Source: the human T2T-CHM13v2.0 reference genome, Homo sapiens
Direction: 5' to 3' (one strand)
Assembly (NCBI RefSeq): GCF_009914755.1
Contig: NC_060929.1
DNA length: 64,000 bases
In this document: piece after piece, positions 13,151-26,226 of the stretch
How the letters are laid out: every line of letters begins with the position of its first letter
Position numbering within the stretch: position 1 is the stretch's first letter
Position numbers and translations under genes: made by a program
The notes under the pieces: model-generated
Told to the model about the DNA's origin: nothing
The model's input: the letters and a program-made list of their open reading frames with translations, nothing else
Databases searched by the model: none

Positions 13151-16100
13151 GGAAGCTGATAAAAAAACTGTAGCATGTCTTTTTCTGCTGTTTTGTTACT
13201 TAAATATTTTCCAACAATGAAGACAGTTTTCCAAAAGAAAAACATGGGAAAAGTCTATGCAAATAAAGGGGTAGTAAACATCTCTCTTAATAACTAGTAG
13301 GTTTCCAGACTACGGGGCTGGCAAGTCACAAGTCTTTATGCATAGCCTTGTTTTAGAAAAAGATACACTTATTTAATGGGACTATTTCAGTGACACATTC
13401 TATTAATTGTAAAATTCTCTCTCTCTCCCCCTTTTTCTCTTCCTCTCCCTCTATTGTTTCCTGAAGGAGATGGTGCATTAATTTGAGAGATCAATTCACC
13501 TGGGGTGGAGAAGTTTTATATTAGTGTACCTTTCAGTACAGTGAAAAGGTAGGACATCTTTTGAAGGGTTTCACAGTTCTCCCATGTCGCTGTTTCTGAA
13601 ACTGAGTGGCTGGTCTCCCTGGGGAAGCTATGACCTCTTCCTTAGGAGCTCAGAAAAAAAAAAAAAACAGAGAGAAAGAGAGAGAGAACCCAGGGGAAAA
13701 TGAAATGAAGGGGAGGGGCGGAGGAGAAGAACTCTTTTCTCCTTCTCCTCTTAGAACTTGAAAGAACCAATAGGCCAGGTCTAAATACTCTGCAAAGAAA
13801 GCCTCACTCAATATAGGAGACTTGGAATGTTCTGTTGAGGCAAAAATTAGGCCCTGCTCAAGGGAAAGAATAATCATAAGCTAAAAAAGACATATGATAA
13901 TATGAACTATTTCCTACCACCCAAAGAAAAAATATTTTCCCGCCACCCACCCCACCCCACCCCGCTGGCCTTTCCTCACAACGTGTAGAGTTTTAAGGAA
14001 AACTTGATCTAGCTGCAGAGAGAATGTTCCCCAGTGAACGCGGGGCCAGACAGTCTCTAGGTCTTGCTTTGATGGTGTGGAGAGACATTAACCTTTTCAC
14101 TGGTTAGTTGAAAGGTAAGTAAGTTGTACTGAGAGGTATTTTTCAGTGACTCAAATTTTTTCCCTTACGAAGAATTTAGCTGACCAACTTTTCAAACCAG
14201 AGTGCCACTTTCTCAGGCTGTGAAAAGCTGCCCACAATTTGACTGAAATTTCAATCCACTCTTGTGCCTTGCTCAATGCATGTGTATGTGTGGGAGTTGT
14301 AAATTGAGGCCTTAACCACCAGAGTTAATCTCTTTTTTAAATCTGTATTAACCTTAATGATTTGAAGTGCACTGTCCAACACTGGGCTATTGAGACCGAA
14401 GAAAAAACTACCCTCGACTATCAACAGTTTATTAGGGGCTTAACTGAAGTGACCTACTGTAGTAGTGTTCAGCTGAACAAGGCTATAGGCTTTTTGTGGA
14501 AAGGGAAAGAATTGAGGGTTTCATTAAAAAGTAATTTGTGCTTTATACTCACTCATTCAAAGAGAGTCTCAATTGCTCTTTATTCACACAGAGTTAATAC
14601 AGTATCACAATGTTTCTCAATGAATGTGTTGTAACAAAAGAAAAATTTTACATTTTGAAAGGGAAAAATTCTTTGTAACTGTAGTAAGATTGATGGCTAC
14701 TTAAAAGACTATAGAATCTTTCTTTCCTGTGCTCATGTCTAATGATGGAATATTATAATTTAACATTTTTTGCTGAAACAATGGGAGTTTAACTTTATGT
14801 TCAGATCATTAAAAATATCAAAAAAACAGAGCCAAGTTGTTCAAATATAGATTTGTCTCGTTAGACTTATTTAGAAAAAGTGTTCTGAAATCAACCGTGT
14901 ATCTTACAGTAACAGGCTCATTTGTACCATGTTAGAAAATATTCTTGCCTTAGCACAGACAGTTACCAGTGATTTAAAAACTCCCCTCTACATCGACAAA
15001 ATTCCTAAATGGACGCTAAGTTGAGGATTTGAAGACAGCGCTAGTCAATTGCCTCTTTTCAAACTATTGCCTAATAACTTGTAGAGGCTGACTGTTATTA
15101 TCCACTGAGACGCACATCATATCTTTAAAGTTCTTTGAACAAGTAAAAGAGAAAGCAGACAAAGAACTTACTTGTGTCCCAAATTTAATGACAAAGACAA
15201 GGAAGCATCAGGATACATGTGTGCGTGTGTGTGTGTGTATATATAAAGTATCCTTTTCAAAAGTAAAAATTATTTTTAAAATTGGTAGTATATTCAGACA
15301 TTTCTGACTCAAATATATAGTCTTTCAATTTTTGCCACCATCACAAATGTCATAAAGACCACAGAAGGTCCAAGAGTGAGCAAGGTCAAAGACTGAATTA
15401 TCTTTTTGCCCCTGAATAGTTCAACATCTCTCTTGTTCAATTCAGAGCACATTAGATTATAAGGTCAGCGTGAAATGGGGAATCATTAGATTTATATCTC
15501 TAAAAGTGGAGGAAAAAAATGGAGACTCTGTTATTTAGTATTCCCCAAATTAATGTTCATTTTATCAAATGAAAATTATGTCTCATTGAATCCCCAGGGA
15601 AAAGGCTATTGTTATTCACATCAATTTACATAGAACCATTAGGAGAGAAATATCTCTATTTTTTTCCAGCTTTGAGAGAACATGTATTTTAACTTCCATA
15701 GTGGCACACAGGCCAACTGGGTTAATCTAGTTTGCATATTCATGAAGTTTGAAAATCAATGACAGCTTCTCTCCAAAGAAGACAAACTTATACAATTCTA
15801 TCCAATTATATAATGGGCAGGTATCTAAGCTTTTGAAATAAATGGTACTTGCATTTTTCTAAAAGAAATGATTGTGCCAGATTAATTTGATTATAATCAT
15901 ACTAGAAAGAAATTTCATAAGTAGGAACATGTATATACATTTTACATTAATTGTTTTATACAAGGAGCCAAATTAGCATATATGCAAATATTACAAACTA
16001 CCCACTCTCCCATTTTCAGGTATTCCTGTTTTGAAAAAATATGTGACAACTGTTATCATCTTCTTGGTTACAAATGAGTTGATAATTACCTTTTTAAAGG

Positions 16101-17231
16101 AACTGTAAACTAATATTTTAAATTTTCTCACACATGGTCACTTAATAGGCAAATATTAAAATATAAAAATATTGCAGTTTTGGAACAAACATCTGCTATT
16201 TTTCATTTGAAGGCATGTTACCTTTTAATTTGCTTTTGATTCTGTTGAATGAATTAAAGAAGTGCACAGTGATTTCAGGTCCTTGGATGGTAGAAAAAGC
16301 ACATTTCTTCCCTTGAAATAAGTTTGTTACCTCATTAGGATTATCTGGCTGAATGTTCAAAATGGTAAGCATATTTCCAGAATGATAAGTTGATATTTTC
16401 TTTCAGAAACAGTGAAATTTGCACAAATTGGTCAAGCCAGTCCTATTTATTGTCTAACTTGAGATGGATAATTTAAGGAACAGTATAAGCATCCCCCAAA
16501 TCCTTATGAAATTAAATCATAAATGAATGGTCACATTGTTATAAATTCAAAATAATGATTTAATTCTGGAAATTGATGGAATAATTGCCATCAGCCTGTT
16601 TGTTAATATGTTACAGAAATAGTATTATGCAAATCAGGAAGCTTTAAGAGACAAAACTAATGTGGACATTTGTACAGCCTTGTTTCCTACTTTAAGAAAT
16701 TTCAAACAATCTAGAGACTTAGTTTAGATCCAAAATTATCTCTGGGATGTGCCAGGGAATTTGGGTGACTAATGAGTTGGATCAGCAACCCAAATATCAA
16801 GAGTTGATACCAAGTTATTGAGTATTATGCACCTAAAATTTTCAGCAAAATGTGCAACAGATTTCATGCATGTTTGAATTATAAGTGTTGATGCTATGAG
16901 GGAAGCTGATTCTGTAAAGCATTGGTTCAATACCTGGAAATAACAATATCTGGAAGACGTATTCCTACTACATTGATTAAACTTCGAAGAAGGCAACAAT
17001 TCAAAAGTCATTTTGTTTTTTAGTGTTTATTTTTAATACATTACCCTGCCTTTAAAAAGCAGAGATACTATAAAAATCAGGGGGTTGGCAAATATTTCTA
17101 AGATCATCCCTGAATCTTTAAATTATTTATTTTGATGATCCATCAGGTGAAATGCAAAGTTGAATTATTAAATGGTGTAGACCTTGTGTGCTGCTTGATC
17201 TGAGCAATAGGAGAATTGCATCATCTCTTAC

Positions 17232-17325
17232 CAGTGACGTCGGCAGCCATTAACCCTTCCGCTCTGATGACTTTCACCTGGAGAAATCCCACATCTTTCA
17301 GGTTGTGAAATATCCTCAATGGGCT
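17232..17325 (-). CDS. MCTP1: MCTP1 exon, 94 nt, start of C2C: SPLRIFHNLKDVGFLQVKVIRAEGLMAADVT(G)
   Basis: Acceptor tctttcag|AGC, donor CTG|gtaaga; phase 0 to 1. Confidence 0.97.
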
Positions 17326-17659
17326 CTGAAAGACCCCAACATCAGTATTAGAAAAGGGAGGTCCCAAGGAGTCTTAAAGAGTGTGCTGAGAAAACATTAC
17401 ATTTTTTAGTTTATCTTCAGACTCTGGGGGTAAGAAGATCAACATTAAACTAACTAATTTTTTTTTTTACTGTTTTCCTCTTGGTGAGTTTTGGAAATTG
17501 CATGTGCTAGCTGAGGATTAAATTACCTAAACATTGTTTTCTCGTATTTATTTCAAAAGACTTATGCAATTCTACATAAGAACTTAAGTAGTTTTACATA
17601 AGCAAAATACATACAGTATCTTTTAAAATAAATCAAATTGATGACTAAAAATAAATTCA

Positions 17660-17948
17660 GGCCGGGAGCAGTGGCTTACACCTGTAATCCCAGCACTTTG
17701 GGAAGCTGAGGTGGGTGGATCACAAGGTCAGGAGTTCAAGACCAGCTTGGCCAAGATGATGAAACCCCATCTCTACCAAAAATACAAAAAAAATTAGCCA
17801 GGCGTGGTGGCGGGCACCTGTAATCCCAGCTACTCTGGAGGCTGAAGCAGAGAATTGCTTGAACCCGGGAGGCAGAGGTTGCAGTGAGCCAAGATCGCGC
17901 CACTGCACTCCAGCCTGGGTGACAGGGCAAGACTCCAACTCAAAAAAA
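17660..17948 (+). mobile_element. AluS, very short A tail
   Basis: GGCCGGG start, dimeric Alu, TSD aaaaataaattca (17647-17659 and 17944-17956). Confidence 0.97.
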
Positions 17949-18102
17949 TAAATTCAAAATAGTGAGTAATTTTTCTTAAATTTATAGTTTTATTTGCCAT
18001 TTTAGTATGTATAGAATGGAAACGTTGATGCTGCATAAGGGGTTCAAAGGGTCATTTGTGTTTCTTCAGTATAAATTACCCTTCCACCCTCATGAATGTA
18101 CA

Positions 18103-18103
<1 letters not shown>

Positions 18104-18136
<33 letters not shown>
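18104..18136. repeat. (CA)n microsatellite
   Basis: Direct reading. Confidence 0.97.
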
Positions 18137-18138
<2 letters not shown>

Positions 18139-18344
18139 CTCTATGTGGATAATTGTTGCTATATAAGTAGATTTTCTGAAAGAATAAAAAAAACACATTT
18201 AATCCCATAAATAATTATCAATAAATGTTGAACAATAAATTATGGAATAGATATGTCTGCTTCCTTTTTCAATCTCCTCTAGCCAGCAAACCACTCCAAG
18301 AAAAATTTTCATCTGTAGATATAATGGTTTGGAGATTAGTGGCT

Positions 18345-18657
18345 TTTTTAAAATTTATTTTTATTTTTATTTTTTTAGAGACAGGGTCTAACTCAGGTTG
18401 GAGTGCAGTAGCATGATAATAGCTTACTGTAACTTCCAAATCCTGGGCTCAAGCATTCCTTCCACCTCAGCCTCCTGAGTGGCTAGAACTACCGGCATGT
18501 GCAACCATACTTGGTTAACTTAAAAAAAAATTAAAATTCTGTAGAAAAATGTCCTGTTATGTTACCCAGGATAGTCTCTGATTCCTGGCCTCAAGTGATC
18601 CTCCAGCCTTGGCTCCCAAAGTGTTGGGATTACAGGCATGAACCACCACTTTCAGCC
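18345..18657 (-). mobile_element. AluJ (diverged)
   Basis: T-rich tail, agacagggtct, cctgggctcaagc, cccaaagtgttgggattacaggc. Confidence 0.93.
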
Positions 18658-20103
18658 TAATTATCAATATTAAATCTCACATTGTTGGATATATAACACT
18701 CTTCAGACTTTGGGGATAAGAAGATCAACATTAAACTAATTATTTTTTTCTACTATTTTCCTCTTGGTGAGTTTTGGAAATTGCATGGGTTAGATGAGGA
18801 TTAAATTACCTAAAGACTATTTTCTAGTATTTATTTCAAAAGACTACTGTAGTTCTACATAAGTAAAAGACATACACAATCTTTTACAGTCAATCAAATT
18901 GATGACTAAAAATAAATTCAAAAGTGGAAATTTTTCTTAAATTTACAGTTTTATTTGCTATTTTAGTATGCACAGAAGTATTGAAACTTCAATAGAAAAA
19001 ACAGATCCAAATGATAAAATCTATTTCACTTCATAAATTAATAATGGTGGTGTTTTATAAGTGTAGCACTTGAAGGAATTAAAAGAGGGAAACCAATACA
19101 ATAATTCAGAAGTCTAATTAATGGGCACAAATACTTTGAGAGTAAAATGAACCAACAGAATGCTAATATGCATTTGTTTATTTACACTTCATAGCATTTT
19201 TCTTATGACACGATCAGCACTTCTACTCTGTAAATCAAAGGTACTTCTTTTTCATAATTTATAAAATGTTTCATAACCAGAGAACGTAACATACTTTTGC
19301 ATTATAAAGTTATTAAAATGTTACTAGAGTAAAAAGCATTCCCATCATCATATTAATAATGTGAGAATACTGACAAGCAAAAGCTTACTGCAATATGAAC
19401 TTTATCAGTCCCGTATGACCAGTAATTGTTTACACTGAAACTATGACCTTCGTATATTGAGAGGAGGAAATGCGGATACATGAGTAATCTCATAGCCTAA
19501 CTTTTTATAAGAGTGTTTAGCATGAGGATTAACTGTTAATCTTTTATTGTTTTTAAACAGTTGTTTATCACCAAAAATCTATTTAAAATACCCAGGTGAC
19601 AAGGTTCAGTAAAAATGCACTTCTCTCTCCATTTAAATTCCTGTAAATGAAGGGTTTCACTGTGGGGGCGTTAGACAACAGAATATAATTCAGAGGTTTG
19701 TGGGCACGTTGTGTTCCTACAGTAACAGCAAGTTTGGAAAGTTTCTTATCTCAGAGCTTACACAATGTTGTAAATCAGGTAAGTCTTCGACCCTAATGAT
19801 GGGGAATAGTTTTATCAAAAAAAGGTTTCCGTGCTTTAATTTTCAGAGGCAATTTAAATCAAGTTCTATTTTGACTAAGACGAATATAATCAGTCCTTAT
19901 GTCTGAGAATCCTTTCACATTGGTAGCCTCATTCCACAGACATATTGTCTTCAGGTGCTTCGGCTCTGATCCTCTGCTTCCCATTTGGAGTGGTAATTAT
20001 TGTTTGAAGGTTTCATTTCCCCAAGTCAGCTGACACTCCATAATTTATTGCAAATTTCAACGGTTTAGGCCAGTGACACATCGATTATAATAAGAAGTAA
20101 AAG

Positions 20104-20134
<31 letters not shown>

Positions 20135-20188
20135 ATATATTGGTTTAAAAACATAACTTCATCAAGAGGTATTCATCAAGAGGTATTC
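20104..20188. repeat. (TAAA)n tract followed by a 14-bp tandem duplication (ttcatcaagaggta x2)
   Basis: Direct reading. Confidence 0.9.
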
Positions 20189-20379
20189 CTGCCTTGCTAT
20201 TTACGGTTATTTTAGAAGGCCTAAAAACCCGGATGGCTTCTGAAGCCAGAAATTTCCATAGCAGAGGAATCTATGATTTGCTGTGAATCCTTTCAGCCCT
20301 CAATAGATGGGAAAAGATTGAAATGCTCTGGAGAGGAGTCCTCTTTATTTTTTTAATGAAAGGCTGTATAATATATTTT

Positions 20380-20850
20380 CTCTATGGCTGCAGCAGCTGT
20401 CAGGGAGAGCATCTCAGTTCAGCTCTATTACGGGAGAGGCAATACCCCATCCTATGGCATCGAGATGCTCTGAGGGGCCAGAGCTGATTGACAGCTTGTC
20501 ACCGTGACGTCTTATTCCATCTCTGTTATGGAGAAAATTAATGTCACACCACCAGCCTTATGACTCGCTGTCATCTTAGAACCGCTCACCTTTTATCAAT
20601 GCTCTAAATAACATTTCAAGCCCATCGTCTCACGGTGGACAATCCGGTCAAGGGACATTAAATCAGATGACTGTGAAATGTCATAATAAAAATGGAATGC
20701 TAACAACTTCTTCTCTAAACTAGCTCCTCTGGTTTTTAAACTGTGACAAGGGGGAGCAAGGGTTCAGCATACCCGTTCTGAAAAGGTCATACAATTGCTC
20801 TTGGTCTACTACCCATTACTACCCGCCCCCTATTGACCTTCCCTCATTTC
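20380..20850. promoter_or_regulatory. Candidate intronic enhancer (TALE homeodomain cluster)
   Basis: TGATTGACAG decamer 20485-20494, seven TGACA/TGTCA in about 350 bp, TGACGTC, AAAGGTCA, retained CpGs. Confidence 0.6.
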
Positions 20851-22997
20851 CTCCCCCTAAAAGAGGAAAAAAGAAAAATGGAATTAGCCATCTTCTCAGA
20901 ATGTGGTGATCAAAAAATGGCTCACAGAGCGATGTTTGTTTAATTTGTGGGGCTTCAATCCTTAGCAATGAACAGCTAAACAACAGCAATGGAGGGCTTT
21001 TTTTAGGGCTGTTTCATATCAGAGTGGGGGCAATTTATTTGCTTCCCTGACAGTGACCAATGTCAAATTCCTAAATTTGACCTCAACTTTTAAAAATACA
21101 CATGTTCTTGCAGGAAAATATAGAAATAATTCTCCAAACAACCTCCATTATATGTTTCTCCAAAACAAATGATATTTCAGAAATGATATGGCATTCATTC
21201 ATTCATTTCATGATCCTTATAATAAAAGGGAAACACACTGAAATCCTAATCCATAGGTCTTTGTCCTTTTATGGATATGAGTAAATATAACAGATGTGCT
21301 ATGTTGCATATAGTGGTTTCGTAGCAGGTATGTCTCTAGAGGGAGGTATAGGCCTCTGCCTGAAATTCAAGGCTGAAAAAAAGTATATTTAAACATAGTT
21401 CATTTTTGAATATATTGAGCAGAATACAATCTGAGAATTAAGTCAAACATCCGCATAATATTTTACATTTTATTGAAAAAAGACATGGAAACAAATATTC
21501 AAATTCTGAATGGAAATGGCCAATTGCCATTCAGCCATCCAGCAAAAAGAAAAAAAATTAATAATAGGTGGATTACTTCTAATTACTTAGGCAGCAGTAT
21601 CCCTTAATATACGGGATAATATCAAAATATTAATCCATCAACTATAGTATAATGCCTAGAAGAATTTTTATATTAATATACTGATTAATTCCATTAAAAT
21701 TGTTGTAATTCATGAGGCTCACTTCTGGTAACAGAAGAATATATTTTGGTGGATACCACAGTGTAAAATAATCTTCATAACTGCAATTATATATTAGAAG
21801 ATGTCACACAATATCTTAGGCTCTTAGGTGGTTTAAAAATATATACTATTTAGCCTTGCTAAGTCACCTCTATTAAACTGTTTATGATAACACCATTGGT
21901 GGATGAGTTGTACAAGCATTAGCAGACAGCTGATTCAGTGGAGATAGCCAGAATAAATTTGCTGAAGCGCACATCCTGCTAATCTGTTTGAAGAATATTG
22001 TAGAGCATTAGTACCAGCACTTCATGTTATCTGCACAGACTGATAAGGTACATCTTTATTAAATTCAGTTATTGAAAGGATGTCAGTCAGCAAATAGGAA
22101 TATTTTAAAGTCTAAAAAAAAAGTGGTTCTTTGTTAGAGCTTGGTTTCATGGCTGAGTGTCTAGAGGAGCCTTCTAAACACCTGGCGGCACTGTACAATA
22201 CAAGCTTTGTCATTTTAAGTGGAAAAGCTTTTTTCCCAGCTTCATGGGTACTAAGGCATTTACTTTTTCAAACCTTCATTGAGAGAGAATGGTGGAGTAA
22301 GAGCTCCCCTCTCTGTTGATTCAAGAAAACTACATGGTGGGAAATGTCCAGCGGGAGGATGCTGGGAAATAGTAAGATTTGGTTGTGAATATTTCAGTTA
22401 GGTAAAATTTGAAGAGGGTAGTCATTTTAGTGATTCACTATTCCATACTATCGTTCCACATTCGATCAAAAAGCAGAAGACTTCCTTTAATTCTATTTCA
22501 CATTCAATTAAAAAAATTAAAGGAATGAAGTGAGGCTTTCCTGAGCAGCTGAAAATAAAAATCATTCCTGTGGATACTCTTTAGTTACCAGCGTACTAAT
22601 TAACGTAAGTACCATTAACTCCATCGCAAACTTGGAAAGACAAAGACATTTTAATTGCAGCTACAAAGAATCAATAAATTAATTTTAAAGTCACATTGTA
22701 TAAACCTGGCCTTCCTATATGGGTAGCATCCCTGCATGATAAAATCACTGAGTAGAATCTCAGAATCCAGAATTTGCTCTGGAAGAGAATCTAGAGAAGA
22801 TCAAGTCTCTAGACATGGGTGGGTAATGCAAATACTTCGGCAAAGGTCTGTGTGGCATTTGTTTTCACTCAGCTTTTTACTTGTGCCAATTCTTCCACCA
22901 GACAACTTCTCAGAAGTACTTCTGTCCCTCCAGGTAAATTGTTTACAACCTGATCTAGTCACATGTGTCTCTGGAAGGAGGAGGGTTACATACGTAC

Positions 22998-23184
22998 ATA
23001 TCTCTTTAATATCTCCTCTCGTTCCTTCTGGTCCTCCAGGGAGTTGACAGACAGGTCAGAGATGCTGACTGTGGCTGATGCTGTCAGAGTGACCAGCAGC
23101 ACCAGGTGTCCCTCACCCTCTTCCAGCTGCAACTCCAGCTTGTGCGTCTGTTCCCTACTGAGGGCTGACAGGTCGACCTGGCAC
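22998..23184 (-). CDS. MCTP1: MCTP1 exon, 187 nt, end of C2B and linker: (R)CQVDLSALSREQTHKLELQLEEGEGHLVLLVTLTASATVSISDLSVNSLEDQKEREEILKRY
   Basis: Acceptor ttgtctctag|GT, donor TAT|gtacgt; phase 2 to 0; locally GC-richer than the flanks. Confidence 0.97.
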
Positions 23185-25189
23185 CTAGAGACAAATGTTT
23201 TGAATCAGCAAGTGGCTTTTTTTTTTTTTTTTGCCATATCAAACAGCTGTTCAGAGTTCTATGAAACATAAATCAATAGAAATATTATTTGGACCATTGG
23301 AAGAATACATCTTTCAAGTCAGCTGACTTTCTTCACAAAATTCAGACCCTCATTATCGTAGGGTCTGTAACTGTTTATTTCCTGTAAGATACAAAAAAAT
23401 ATGTTAATCTGAAATTCTATTATTACCCACTGTCACGGTATTCATAAAGTGGTAAGGACTTCCTATCTCTAGGTGGCCTAAGGAATTAGGTCACTGGGGC
23501 TTTGCTTATAGAAAAAATGATGTGTGCCATCTAGAGAGACCAACTACCAAAATTCTGAATTTTTGTGTTACCTTTAAAAAATGGATGTTTTCCCCTCATT
23601 CGTAAATGTTATTAAGCAGTGAATAGAATATGTACCATTGTGATGCCATACATTTTACATTTTTTAAAACCATGCCAATATATTCATAGTACTCTGTATA
23701 AACCGAAATAAAAACATATAAATCTCCTGAAAACATAATAGCTCAAGTGTTAGGCACCTGAGTTGTGCTAAGAGGGGATTTCTAATGTGGCAGTGCCTGC
23801 TCTGTATGCCACTCTCTCAGAGCTAATACCCTGAAAACGCTTTTCATAAAAATGTCAGTTGATTTTGAAGAGAAAGGTAATATGGTGACCACAAGGCTAA
23901 TAAACGGAGAGAAAGGTGGCAGGCATGAGTGAAAGGCATTTAAAATAGGAAATAGCCAATTATAAGAATAAATGTGGTAACCTACCATAAACTGCGTGGT
24001 CAGAGACAGATTAAATTCTTGCTCTTTCTTATTCCTCACTCTATTTGGTATTTATGGTTTTGCTTTTAAACTAAACTCCTATGGACAGTGTTTCAAAGCT
24101 TGTAGTTGAGTTCAAACATCTCTTTAGCAAGAGTGATTGCAGATATTGAACTGAAGTCCAATATTTCAATAGGCCTTTTATTTTTGCCTACTGGTTAATA
24201 TGAGGGATGTCTGGGACTAGACACGAATGGGAGGAAGAGGAATATTGATGTAAGAAAGGAAAACAATAAGCAATGCCCTGGTCAGTAGCAGAAAGTCCGT
24301 GTGTACTTAAATGCTAACTCCTGAGAAATTGAGAGATTACAGTCTGTACAAGTCTGGAAAACATCTTCCTGAAGTTAGAATGTATGTCAAATAACTGCAT
24401 TCCAAGGTACTCTCATGCTGTCTCCTCAAACTCTGAAGGGTGAAAAAACATATCACATCCCTTATCTCATATTTAAATTTTAATTGGAATTAAGTTCTTA
24501 TCAATAATACCTGGAACAAACTGAGGTTAAAAATTTTCACAGTGGAAAACAACCATTCAAACATATTCTCTAATGAAAAAAAAGGTATTATCTTTAGAGA
24601 TCTTTCCAGCACCTGACACACTGCTGGGCCCATAGTTTGTTGAATGCAAATAACTCTGGCTTGGATAGGGAGTATAATACTAGAGAATTGACGAGAGACT
24701 ATAATTCAGACAATATTTTTGGTTGGGTACAGTTGGAACCAAGAAAAGTCTTTCACTCACTTTTTTTTTTCTTTTTTTTCCCACTCACTTTGATCATGCA
24801 TTTCCCGGTCCCTTCCTTTTTTATATAATGCTGCAGCACTAAAACGCATTGATGTCTTCTGAAGGATTTTCTTCTATGCCCATTACCACTTTGTACTGAT
24901 CATATAGATGCTGGTTCCTCTTAATTTATATTAGTCATTGCATTTAATGCTTTACAGGTGGGGAAACTGCTCTCAAGATTATATAAATTAGGCTTTGCAA
25001 GCTGGCAATTTTCAGATGGAATCTGATTCACAGATTTGTTGTTTTGCTTGTGCTAAAAAAGTTTTGAATATAAATATTTTTAAATACAGGGTAAATGTCC
25101 TCTGAATTAGTTACTGTTCCCCATACTGGCCTATTTCACTTAATTACACTACCTTGCTCTAGTAGGCAGAAGGATTTGTGATTCTTGCA

Positions 25190-25330
25190 GTCTCCTTAAT
25201 TTACCAATGAGAAAACTGAGGGCCAGGGAGGGTACATGATGGAGGGGAGACATACAGTTAGTTATTAGCAGAGCCCACCTGAACCTGGGACTCTGGAATC
25301 CAGGATCTAGGCTTTTCTCCACCACTCTAT
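25190..25330 (-). mobile_element. MIR SINE
   Basis: aatgagaaaactgagg...gcagagccc..gaacctgg..ctttt ctccaccac. Confidence 0.75.
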
Positions 25331-25400
25331 CTTTAAGTAACCATGCATCCCAGGAAGAAGCACTGTTAGCAGTGCTTCTCAAAGTGGGTAATATCTGGAC

Positions 25401-26014
<614 letters not shown>

Positions 26015-26028
26015 GACTTTTTCCCCCA

Positions 26029-26226
26029 AACTTTTATTTTAGGTTTTGGTGGGCACATGTGCAGGTTTGTAATATACATAAACTCTCCTGTCACAGGGTC
26101 TTGTTGTACAGATTATTTTGTAACCCAGGTGCTAAGCCTAGTACTCAATAGTTACTTTTTCTGATCTTCTCCCTCCTCCCAAACTCTGCCCTCAAGGAGG
26201 CCCCAGTGTCGTTCCCCTCTTTGTGC
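26029..26226 (-). mobile_element. LINE-1 3' UTR fragment (older L1PA/L1PB type)
   Basis: aacttttattttagg..cacatgtgcaggtttgt..gttgtacagattatttt..acccaggtgctaagcctagtac..ggccccagtgt. Confidence 0.9.

Larger units (their letters stand above)
17414..18977 (+). repeat. Diverged local direct duplication of about 280-300 bp (17414-18016, Alu-interrupted; 18700-18977)
   Basis: Shared blocks taagaagatcaacattaaactaa, ttttcctcttggtgagttttggaaattgcatg, aatcaaattgatgactaaaaataaattca. Confidence 0.93.

Noticed and set aside
22736-23271. Plus-strand 103-aa and 102-aa ORFs and a minus-strand 61-aa ORF
   Set aside because: Antisense or off-frame shadows of the real 187-nt MCTP1 exon.
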